From positions 12,980 through 76,979 of the forward strand of contig JAZSRX010000013.1 in NCBI GenBank assembly GCA_045538685.1: a stretch of DNA of 64,000 nucleotides, in the 5' to 3' direction. Positions within the stretch are counted from its first letter, which is position 1. Each line of letters begins with the position of its first letter. The DNA is from Eubacteriales bacterium (lineage in GTDB: Bacteria; Bacillota; Clostridia; Oscillospirales; CAG-272). The notes beneath the pieces are model-generated. The model made no database searches. It saw only the letters and a list, made by a program, of their open reading frames with translations, and was not told the origin of the DNA. Positions 55,795 to 64,000 of this stretch are shown here, in pieces. The position numbers and the translations under genes are program-made.

Positions 55795-56694
55795 CTAAAC
55801 TCCTTTTCTGTTTCTGTATGAAATTGGTGAGATGCCGTATGTCCTTTCGAAGGTCTTCGTCATATGTGATGTGTCATAGAAGCCTGTTTTTTCGGCGATC
55901 TCCGTTATGGAAAGATTAGTGTTTATCAGCATGCTTGCAGCCGATTCTATTCTGATCTTGCTAATATATGCCGAGGGAGGCATTTTGCATATTTCTTTAA
56001 ATTTCTTAATGTAAGAGGATCTTGAAATATGAGCAATTCGTGTCAGATCCTCTATAGTGATTTTTTCATAATACCTTTCGTGAATGAAGGATATTGATTC
56101 CATAAGAGCACGGTCCTCGCTAAGCGTTGGATTCTCATGGGCAGAGCTGGTGCTGTATGCTTTGCACAGAAGGCTGATGGTCACCATTGCGAGATTGCTT
56201 CTTATTAAGGATTCCGCAGGGTCGCTGCATTTGTCGTTTTTGGCAATGGCCTTCATTGCCTCGACCGTGGTGAGAAGCTCGTCACCCTTCAACTTCAGAT
56301 GCAGAGGAACGGTAGTTTTACCTCTCATCATCGGTTCGGCACCGAAAAGCTTGTAAAAGGCGGAGAGAAATTGCATATCCGCAATATATTTACTCATAAA
56401 TCCATCGCTTAATATAACGTGAAAAACGTCGAAGCCCTTGCCGCCTATATAGCCGTGGCTGATCCTGGGAGGAATGATGAAAACGTCGCCCGCCGAGGTC
56501 TTGACCACATTATCGTCTATATAGTGTGTTCCCTCTCCACGGGTTATTAAATTAATCTCAAAAAACTCCTGCTCGTGCATTCCGATGCTGTAGTCCGACA
56601 TAAGGAAGGCGTGTACAAGGTCTAGGGAATGAATAAAAAAATCCGAGTGAGTGTAATAATAATGCTCGTGCCTTATTAGCTTTTGCAATTCCAT
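55795..56694 (-). CDS. AraC family regulator with cupin sensor
   Basis: MHEQEFFEI..I..G.G.H cupin; SRSSYIKKFKEICKMPP ... GFYDTSHMTKTF...YGISP..YR; GGAGG SD. Confidence 0.93.
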   Translation of the reverse strand: MELQKLIRHEHYYYTHSDFFIHSLDLVHAFLMSDYSIGMHEQEFFEINLITRGEGTHYIDDNVVKTSAGDVFIIPPRISHGYIGGKGFDVFHVILSDGFMSKYIADMQFLSAFYKLFGAEPMMRGKTTVPLHLKLKGDELLTTVEAMKAIAKNDKCSDPAESLIRSNLAMVTISLLCKAYSTSSAHENPTLSEDRALMESISFIHERYYEKITIEDLTRIAHISRSSYIKKFKEICKMPPSAYISKIRIESAASMLINTNLSITEIAEKTGFYDTSHMTKTFERTYGISPISYRNRKGV

Positions 56695-56808
56695 AAGCGA
56701 CCTCCGTGATTAGTAAAAATAAACAAAATAAGCTGTTAGTTTGTGTACATTATTGGTGTTATGCATAAAAAATAAACGAATTTACAACACAAGATGTATT
56801 TTTATACA

Positions 56809-56837
56809 TTGATTATATCATAAACATTTTTTATAAT
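56809..56837 (+). promoter_or_regulatory. putative SigA promoter of the GH95 unit
   Basis: TTGATT-17 bp-TATAAT in the divergent AraC/GH95 spacer. Confidence 0.6.
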
Positions 56838-56875
56838 CAAGATGTAAAATAAAAATAAATGAGGAGATTTTTGAT

Positions 56876-59800
56876 ATGAAAAAGGCAAGGCGCGTTATTT
56901 CCTTAATGCTATGCATAAGCCTGCTGTTTTCCATGGTCGCTTGCAGACGGCCGGATAAGGGAGACGGACCTGACACACCACCGGATTCCGGAAACAGTAA
57001 CGCAGGAGGAGATTTGAGTATGAGTGAGTTGACCGCTATGAAGGTTAATTCGGAAAAAATACCCATGAAGCTTTGGTATGACGAGGAGGCGCCCTTCATT
57101 AATGAATGCTCTCCGAAGGCTACGATGATGGCAGGGCAGGACATCGGTTGGCAGAACTGGTCCCTGCCTCTTGGAAACGGATTTTTCGGTGCGAACGTTT
57201 TCGGCCGTGTTGAGACCGAGCGAGTTCAGATCTCCGAGAAAACTCTTGCTAACCCCTGGCAGCAGGTTAAGGTGACAAACGGAGTTACCTCCTGGCCCGA
57301 GGTCGCAGGACTCAATAATTTCTCCGAGACCTACATTGACTTTGATCACAATAAGGAAGACGTGACCAACTATGAGCGTGCCCTTGACATTGGTACGTCG
57401 GTTGCGACGACTAGCTATGATTATGATGGCGCTCACTACACGAGAGAGTATTTCGTCTCCTATCCCGACAAGGCGTTGGTTATACGTCTTGATGCGGTGG
57501 ACGGACCCCTCTCCTTCACCCTTCGTCCCACCATTCCCTTTGAGCAGAAGTATATGAACGAGCCCGGGGACGGTCTTGGCAAATCGGGAAATGTAAAGTC
57601 CCTTGTAGCAGGCGGCGTAGGATATATTGAGCTTTGCGGAAAGCTTGAGTATTATGACGTTGATTTTGCCGGCTATTATCGTGTTTATACAACCGGTGGC
57701 ACAGTCAGTGCTGAAACTGTGAAAAATGCCAACGGCGAGACCGACGGTACTATAAGAGTTGAGGGAGCATCCTCAGCGATAATAGTTGCCAGCTTCGCTA
57801 CAGACTATGAGCTTGGCGTCGGCAATTTTGAGAACGGACAGTATAGCCATGACAAGCCTACAGCCTGGACCGACCTTGACGATGCACGTATAAAGGTTGA
57901 GAACGTCTTTGAGGAGATAGATATTGCAACCTCCGGCATGGCTGTTGACGAAATCTATAAATATCTTAAAGAAAGGCACGTTGCCGATTATCTGGAGCTT
58001 TACGGCAGGGTAAACCTTGAGCTTGATTGCGACGAGGAGGACTATAAGCTTACCACCGACAAGCTTCTTGAAAAATACAACAGCGGCAGTCACAGCTCCT
58101 ATCTTGAGGCATTGCTCTTCCAATACGGAAGATACCTTATTATTGCATCCTCGCGAGACGGCTCGCTCCCCGCAAACCTTCAGGGTGTATGGAATTGCTA
58201 TAACATTCCTGCCTGGACCAGCGGATATTGGAGCAACATCAACATTCAGATGAACTATTGGCACGTTTTCAGCACTAACCTTGCCGAAACGTTTATTCCT
58301 TACGTTGATTATAACAGCGCATATTTGCCCCTTGCTGAAAAGAATGCCAGCAATCTTATTGCTACACACAATCCTGCGACGTTTAATAAGGACGGTGGCA
58401 ACGGCTGGACAATGGGTGTTTCGGGCAACCCCTTCTTCATCAGCAGCGACCGCTCCTGCGGTAACCTTGGTCTTTTGACTCAGCTCTTCTATGACTATTA
58501 TGAGTTCACAAGAGACGAGGAGGTTTTGAGGACGGTTTATCAGGTGCTTGCAAATGCAGCACGCTTTGTTACCAAATGTGTAAAGGATTATGACGGGGTG
58601 TATCTCGTTGAATATTGCGACTCCCCCGAGATGTATGTTGACGGCGTATGGTATTACACGACGGGTACGACCTACGCACAGACACTGGCATACATAAATA
58701 ATTACGGTGCACTTCAGTGCGCAAAAGCATTGGGAATAGATCTTAATGACAGCAATCTACTCTCTACCGAGGATTACTCGATCCTGGCCACCATAATGGA
58801 GCAGCTTGATAAGTACGATCCTATTAACGTAGGTCTTTCCGGACAGATAAAGGAGTTCCGTGAGGAGGACTATTACGGCTCCCTCGGTAACCCCAATCAC
58901 AGACATATCTCTCAGCTTGTGGGCCTCTATCCCGGTAATATCATCAATTCGGGAACGGATGCATGGATGGATGCGGCACTTGTGAGTCTTGCGGGAAGAA
59001 ACGACGGTCTTACCGATTGGCCCAACGGAACCACGGCTACAAACGAGGCCAGCATCGTTGCATGGGCGTGGGCTCATAAGCAGGCTATGTATGCCAGAGC
59101 AGGAGAGGGAGATCTTGCGCAGGAGATGCTGAAGGGCAACCTCCGTAACTCCACCCTTGAAAACCTGCTTATGGTATGTGGAAAGATATTCCAGATTGAA
59201 GCGAGCAGCGGAACTACGGCTGCTATAGCTGAGATGCTCCTCCAGAGCGATGAGGAGTTTATTGAAATTCTCCCCGCCATTCCCACCAACTGGGACAAGG
59301 GAAGCTATACCGGACTTGTTGCGAGAGGCAATTTTGAGGTCAGCGTCTCTTGGGAAAACGGCGTAGCAAACAAGATCAATATCCTTTCTGCCAAGGGCGG
59401 AAGGGTAGCTGTTAAATATCCTAATTTCTCGGACGTGAAGGTTTATGACTCTGAGGGTAAGGCGGTTAATGCTACTCTCTCAGAGGATAGAATTCTCACC
59501 TTTGACACAACGGCAGGCAGCAGCTATTACATCAGCGGATTCAAGAAGGTCGTAAGACCTGAAAGACCTGATACCCTTAATTTCGATAGAGTTGGCTACG
59601 GTGATTTTAAGCTGAGCTTTAACGGTGTAGAGGGCGCAGAAAAATATAACGTTTACGTTGCATATGAAAACGATGCATCCTACTCCTTCGTGGGAAGCAC
59701 CACCGATACCTCCTTTGTTATCAAGGTAAAGGCAGGTGAGGAAAACGTAAGAAAGACCTTTGCCGTAACGGCGGTTAATTCCGATGGAGAGGAGAGCAAG

Positions 59801-61591
59801 AGGGCGCTTTGCTATTCGAACCCCGAGTCTCTTGGTATTGAGCTTTATTCACTTTCCTGGAACAGCGCTGATGGAAGGATCACAGTAACGGCTAACGCTA
59901 ACGAAAACGCTGCGGCAGTTCGCCTTTATGCCAAGGATTCCGAGGCAGGCGAGTATAAGCAGGTTGCGGCGGCAGATGGAATTACGGTCACCGCGGATTA
60001 CGATGAATCTAAGCTCTACGCACTTTCGGTAGTTGCAAAATTCACAGGCAAGGAAACCGCAAAGATGCCGCTTACTGTGGGTAATCACGAGAGCAATATC
60101 CTGACGAATAAGGAATTTGTTCCTCAGGGCAATGCGGCAGACGCTATTCTCGGAGATGACTACGGATATCCCGCGCTTACTGACGGCAGTGAGTTTAGCA
60201 GCAGCGAGGGAAGATTTGCCACTTCTGTCAAGGGCAGCTGCCTTGCGGGCACCGTTGACCTCGGCGGAGTATATAGTCTGGATGAGATGAGACTTTACGT
60301 ATACAAGGATGCTTCATATGCGGGTCAGGGCCTCACGGTGGAGATCCTCAACGGCGGCGAATGGAAGACCGTAATTGATCTTCAGACTAACGAGGCGATT
60401 GCAGGTCACCTTTACGGAGGCAACGTTCCTTATATTGCCCTTGATATGCAGGGCAACGTAGGAAACAAGCTTCGTATTACCATTGAGGGCGGTGTAAGCG
60501 GAAAGAGCATTTCCTTCCACGAGATCACTCTGACGGGTAAATACCGCGGTGAGACCGAGGGATATGAAAATATCTTCTCCGGCAAGGAGTTTACACCTAC
60601 AGCCGAGACTGCAGGAAACATATATAACTCATCATACGGATACGGTACTCTCACGGACGGTATTATCTTTGAGGAGTCCAGAGGCAGATTTTCAAGCAAG
60701 CAGAATGGAGGAAAGGTTGCTGCGACCATCGATCTTGGCGGAGTATACAGTCTTTCCAATATGAAGATATACCTTTACAAGGACGGTATAAGCAAGCTGG
60801 GAACGGGCATTACCGTCGAGCTGCTCTACAATGGAGAATGGACCACGGCTGCGAGCTGTTCCACCACTGACGAGATCTCAAGGTATTTGGTTGACAATCC
60901 CGGCGGTGTGGGAGACTTCCTTATATTCAATCTTGACGATGCGTATGCAAGCAAGGTCAGATTTGTAATTCCTGCACAGACGGACAGCGGTTGGACCACA
61001 CTTTACGAAATTGAGTGCCTTGGCATCAAGACTACCTTGATCGATAGCGCACCCGATAATGAGCCTGATGAAGACGAGGATAAGAACATCCTCTCGGGCA
61101 AGATCTTTGTTCCTACCGATGAGGCAAGGGCGGAGGTGCTCGTTGCTTCCTGGTTCGCAGGCGGAGGATATGAGGCGCTTACCGACGGTACAAGATTTGA
61201 GGATCAGGTGGGCAGGTTCTCTACAAAGATGAACAATACCACCGTCTTTATGGATGCAACGGTCGATCTCGGCGGTGTCTATACTCTTGACAGCATAAGA
61301 TTTTATATTTACGACGCACAGAAGAGCACAGAGCAGTCTAAGAAGGCAAGCATTGGTAAGGATATGCTGATTCAGGTATATTCCAACGGTCAGTGGAGTG
61401 ACGTTATCGTCTGCCCTGATAATGCGAGTCTCTCTGAGCATCTGGTAATTATTGACGGCCTTAATAACGATTATCTGGAGCTTTCCCTTCAGGGAGTCAG
61501 GGCAGAAAAACTGAGATTTTACATTTCGGGCGCTGCTTCGGCTGACGGTATTACCTTCCAGGAGATTGAGTGCTACGGTGAAAAAAGTTGA
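56876..61591 (+). CDS. GH95-family lipoprotein (alpha-L-fucosidase/L-galactosidase-like) + FnIII + three F5/8-like domains
   Basis: LWY, LPLGNG..GA, Y.R.LD, REYFVSYPD, FQYGRYL.I.SSR, ANLQG.W, NINIQMNYW, SPE, HRH.S.L.GLYP, AEMLLQS, GL.ARG; NI..GK.F.PT...LTDG...GRFS repeats. Confidence 0.92.
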   Translation: MKKARRVISLMLCISLLFSMVACRRPDKGDGPDTPPDSGNSNAGGDLSMSELTAMKVNSEKIPMKLWYDEEAPFINECSPKATMMAGQDIGWQNWSLPLGNGFFGANVFGRVETERVQISEKTLANPWQQVKVTNGVTSWPEVAGLNNFSETYIDFDHNKEDVTNYERALDIGTSVATTSYDYDGAHYTREYFVSYPDKALVIRLDAVDGPLSFTLRPTIPFEQKYMNEPGDGLGKSGNVKSLVAGGVGYIELCGKLEYYDVDFAGYYRVYTTGGTVSAETVKNANGETDGTIRVEGASSAIIVASFATDYELGVGNFENGQYSHDKPTAWTDLDDARIKVENVFEEIDIATSGMAVDEIYKYLKERHVADYLELYGRVNLELDCDEEDYKLTTDKLLEKYNSGSHSSYLEALLFQYGRYLIIASSRDGSLPANLQGVWNCYNIPAWTSGYWSNINIQMNYWHVFSTNLAETFIPYVDYNSAYLPLAEKNASNLIATHNPATFNKDGGNGWTMGVSGNPFFISSDRSCGNLGLLTQLFYDYYEFTRDEEVLRTVYQVLANAARFVTKCVKDYDGVYLVEYCDSPEMYVDGVWYYTTGTTYAQTLAYINNYGALQCAKALGIDLNDSNLLSTEDYSILATIMEQLDKYDPINVGLSGQIKEFREEDYYGSLGNPNHRHISQLVGLYPGNIINSGTDAWMDAALVSLAGRNDGLTDWPNGTTATNEASIVAWAWAHKQAMYARAGEGDLAQEMLKGNLRNSTLENLLMVCGKIFQIEASSGTTAAIAEMLLQSDEEFIEILPAIPTNWDKGSYTGLVARGNFEVSVSWENGVANKINILSAKGGRVAVKYPNFSDVKVYDSEGKAVNATLSEDRILTFDTTAGSSYYISGFKKVVRPERPDTLNFDRVGYGDFKLSFNGVEGAEKYNVYVAYENDASYSFVGSTTDTSFVIKVKAGEENVRKTFAVTAVNSDGEESKRALCYSNPESLGIELYSLSWNSADGRITVTANANENAAAVRLYAKDSEAGEYKQVAAADGITVTADYDESKLYALSVVAKFTGKETAKMPLTVGNHESNILTNKEFVPQGNAADAILGDDYGYPALTDGSEFSSSEGRFATSVKGSCLAGTVDLGGVYSLDEMRLYVYKDASYAGQGLTVEILNGGEWKTVIDLQTNEAIAGHLYGGNVPYIALDMQGNVGNKLRITIEGGVSGKSISFHEITLTGKYRGETEGYENIFSGKEFTPTAETAGNIYNSSYGYGTLTDGIIFEESRGRFSSKQNGGKVAATIDLGGVYSLSNMKIYLYKDGISKLGTGITVELLYNGEWTTAASCSTTDEISRYLVDNPGGVGDFLIFNLDDAYASKVRFVIPAQTDSGWTTLYEIECLGIKTTLIDSAPDNEPDEDEDKNILSGKIFVPTDEARAEVLVASWFAGGGYEALTDGTRFEDQVGRFSTKMNNTTVFMDATVDLGGVYTLDSIRFYIYDAQKSTEQSKKASIGKDMLIQVYSNGQWSDVIVCPDNASLSEHLVIIDGLNNDYLELSLQGVRAEKLRFYISGAASADGITFQEIECYGEKS

Positions 61592-61631
61592 TTAATATGT
61601 TTAAACACAAAAATAAATAAAGGAGATCATC

Positions 61632-64000
61632 ATGAAAACAAGAAGTATTTTTCTTATAGCAGCAGTATTGCTTGCGGCGGTATTGGCGTTTACCTCTTGT
61701 GATTTGATATCACAGTATCTACCCGGTGATAAGCATGAGCACACCTGGCAGGACGCTACATGTACCTCACCCCGAACCTGTACGAGCTGTAATGCGACCG
61801 AGGGAGATCCTCTCGGCCATACCGAGGAGGTCGTAGCAGGTAAGGAGGCCAGCTGTTCTGAAAAGGGACTCACCGAGGGCAAAAAATGCTCTCTTTGCGG
61901 TGAGATTCTTGTAGCACAGCAGGAAACTCCTATCAAGGATCATACCGAGGAGACGGTTCCCGGAAGCGATGCAAGCTGTACGGAAACAGGACTTACCGAA
62001 GGTAAAAGATGTGCCGACTGCGGTATTACCTTGGTTGAACAGCAGGAAATTCCTCTCAAGGATCATACCGAGGAGATCATTCCCGGTAAGGATGCAACCT
62101 GTACCGATAACGGTCTGACCGAGGGCAAGAAATGCTCGGTCTGCGGTGAGACTCTTGTGCCCCGTGAGGAGATTCCTCCCGTCGCGCACACAGAAGAGGT
62201 CGTACCCGGCAGAGCTCCCACCTGTACCGAAACCGGACTTACCGATGGTAAGAAGTGTTCTGTTTGCGGCACAACTCTTCTCGCTCAAGAGGAGCTTCCC
62301 ATTGAGCATAAGGAAGAGACTGTTGCGGGTAAGGATCCCACCTGTACCGAAACCGGACTTACCGATGGTAAAAAGTGTTCTCTTTGCGGCGCCATTCTCC
62401 TGAAGCAGGAGGAGATATCCTCCCTTGGACACAAGGATGAAAACGGCGACTACGAGTGTGACGTGTGTCACGCAGAGCTTTGCACAAACCATATTCCCGC
62501 AGAGCCCATTGTTGAAAATAAGAAGGACTCCAGCTGTAGCGAGACAGGCTCCTATGACAGCGTAATCAAGTGCTCCGTCTGCGGTGACGAGCTTGAGAGA
62601 GAGACCAAGACTATAGAAAAGCTTCCTCACACCGAGGAGGAAATTGCAGGTAAGGATGCAACCTGTACCGAAACAGGCCTTACCGCAGGTAAGAAGTGCT
62701 CTGTTTGTGGCGAGATCCTCGAGGCACAGCAGGAGATAGGCAAGCTTCCTCACACCGAGGAGGAAATTGCAGGCAAGGATGCAACCTGTACCGAAACAGG
62801 TCTTACCGCAGGTAAGAAGTGCTCTGTTTGCGGAGAGATCCTTGAGGCACAGCAGGAAATAAGCAAGCTTCCTCACACCGAGCAGACTCTGAGTGCAAAG
62901 GATCCCTCCTGCGTTGCAACCGGACTTACCGAGGGCAAGAAGTGCTCTGTTTGCGGTGAGATCCTTACAGAGCAGGAAACCATTCCCGCCGAAGGACATA
63001 AGTGGAACGGCGGAGAAACCCTTCTTGACGTTACAACCTACGAGTGTGAGGTTTGCGGTGTACAGAAGGTAGAAAGCGCAAAGCTTGAAAATGAAGATAA
63101 CATATTCTCGGGCAAGGAATTTGTGCCCACACCCGAGGCGGATGCTGTGGTTCTGAAGGCAAGCTGGTTCGCAGGCGGCGGATACGAGGTTCTTACCGAT
63201 GGCACCAGGGATCAGGAGCAGGTCGGTAGATTCTCCACTCTGATGAACAACACCACCTCCTTTATGGAGGCAACCCTTGATCTTCAGGAAAAGTACGTTC
63301 TCGGCAAGGTAAGATTCTACATCTACGATACCAAGGACAACCTCACAGAGGATTATAAGAAGGCAAGCGTTGGCTCTGACATCCTTATTCAGGTTTATCT
63401 TGGTGACAAGTGGTATGACGTGGTAGTCTGCGCAAACAACGAAGAGCTTTGCGGCAACCTCGTAATCAACGAAGGCGTAAATAACGATTATATCGAGTTT
63501 GACCTCACCGGTATTGTTGCCGAGAAGGTAAGATTCCTTATCGACTCTGCGGCAAGCAAGGACGGTATTACCTATCAGGAGATCGAGTGTGGTGGCGCGC
63601 TTCTTAATGAGCACGTTCACACCGAAACTATTCTTCCCGCAGAGGAAGCAACCTGCCTTCAGGCAGGAAAGACAGAGGGTGTTGTTTGTAACGTTTGTAA
63701 CACTACTCTGAAGGAGCAGCAGGTAATCGATGCTCTTGGTCACAGTTGGGGCGAGCCGATCGTTGCTGACGGTAAAACCGTAACCTCCTGTACCGTATGC
63801 GGTCTTACGAAGCTTGAGTCCGCAGATCTTGAAAGCGTAGATAATCTGTTCGCAGGCAAGAGATTCAATCCCACCGATGCAGCACTTGCAAGCGCTCTTT
63901 CCGCTTCTTGGTGGAAGGGTAGCGGATACCCCGGACTTACCGACGGTATAAAGAATGCAGATAATGCTCCCGGTAGATTTGCCACTAAGATGGCTCTTGA
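61632..64000 (+). CDS. large surface lipoprotein (3'-truncated by the window): His/Cys repeats + F5/8-like domains; N-terminal paralog of 33896-38731
   Basis: AAGGAG SD; MKTRSIFLIAAVLLAAVLAFTSC-DLISQYLPG..HEH.W..ATCTSP. The same frame is in use at the window end (...RFATKMAL). Absent from the ORF track, consistent with no stop in the window. Confidence 0.9.
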   Translation, partial: MKTRSIFLIAAVLLAAVLAFTSCDLISQYLPGDKHEHTWQDATCTSPRTCTSCNATEGDPLGHTEEVVAGKEASCSEKGLTEGKKCSLCGEILVAQQETPIKDHTEETVPGSDASCTETGLTEGKRCADCGITLVEQQEIPLKDHTEEIIPGKDATCTDNGLTEGKKCSVCGETLVPREEIPPVAHTEEVVPGRAPTCTETGLTDGKKCSVCGTTLLAQEELPIEHKEETVAGKDPTCTETGLTDGKKCSLCGAILLKQEEISSLGHKDENGDYECDVCHAELCTNHIPAEPIVENKKDSSCSETGSYDSVIKCSVCGDELERETKTIEKLPHTEEEIAGKDATCTETGLTAGKKCSVCGEILEAQQEIGKLPHTEEEIAGKDATCTETGLTAGKKCSVCGEILEAQQEISKLPHTEQTLSAKDPSCVATGLTEGKKCSVCGEILTEQETIPAEGHKWNGGETLLDVTTYECEVCGVQKVESAKLENEDNIFSGKEFVPTPEADAVVLKASWFAGGGYEVLTDGTRDQEQVGRFSTLMNNTTSFMEATLDLQEKYVLGKVRFYIYDTKDNLTEDYKKASVGSDILIQVYLGDKWYDVVVCANNEELCGNLVINEGVNNDYIEFDLTGIVAEKVRFLIDSAASKDGITYQEIECGGALLNEHVHTETILPAEEATCLQAGKTEGVVCNVCNTTLKEQQVIDALGHSWGEPIVADGKTVTSCTVCGLTKLESADLESVDNLFAGKRFNPTDAALASALSASWWKGSGYPGLTDGIKNADNAPGRFATKMAL
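62619..62990 (+). repeat. 123-bp intragenic tandem repeats (His/Cys unit)
   Basis: AAGCTTCCTCACACCGAG recurs at 62619, 62742 and 62865. Confidence 0.9.

Noticed and set aside
20052..64000. cellulosome (cohesin/dockerin) or sortase-anchored system
   Set aside because: No duplicated dockerin DxNxDGxxxxxD motifs, cohesins, SLH or LPxTG signals were recognised.

Overview
This window comes from a low-GC Gram-positive anaerobe (Clostridia-like, judged from gene content, SigA promoters and AGGAGG Shine-Dalgarno (SD) sites). All domain calls are from motif recognition only; no searches were run. It has three parts. (1) 1-15.4 kb is a core-type region: DUF212 protein, ackA, greA, a DUF559 endonuclease gene inside 48-bp structured inverted repeats and a 7-bp tandem array, a type IV pilus cluster (major pilin, 3 minor pilins, divergent PilM-like, PilD, PilC, PilB; no PilT/N/O here), a 905-aa GAP1-N2-like protein, pepF and tRNA-Leu(CAG). 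(2) 15.4-16.6 kb is a repeat-rich junction: a GATTTCATC multi-hairpin element, a single small gene between 16-bp inverted repeats behind a consensus promoter, and att-arm-like repeats. (3) 16.7-64 kb is a carbohydrate-utilisation island with two AraC regulators. It has a ~36-kb, 17-gene co-directional unit, a second GH95 unit and 12 lipoproteins in total. The enzyme set is GDPD, 2 calcineurin-like phosphoesterases, a PHP protein, 3 SGNH esterases, 2 GH43, GH2, GH3, an atypical GH95 and an ABC importer with an expanded ATPase. This points to harvesting of phosphodiester-linked, O-acetylated glycans. Enzymes and non-catalytic surface proteins share shuffled modules (GLUG-type beta-helix, His/Cys3 repeats, F5/8-like domain). 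A real CDS at 61632 to the window end is missing from the ORF track.
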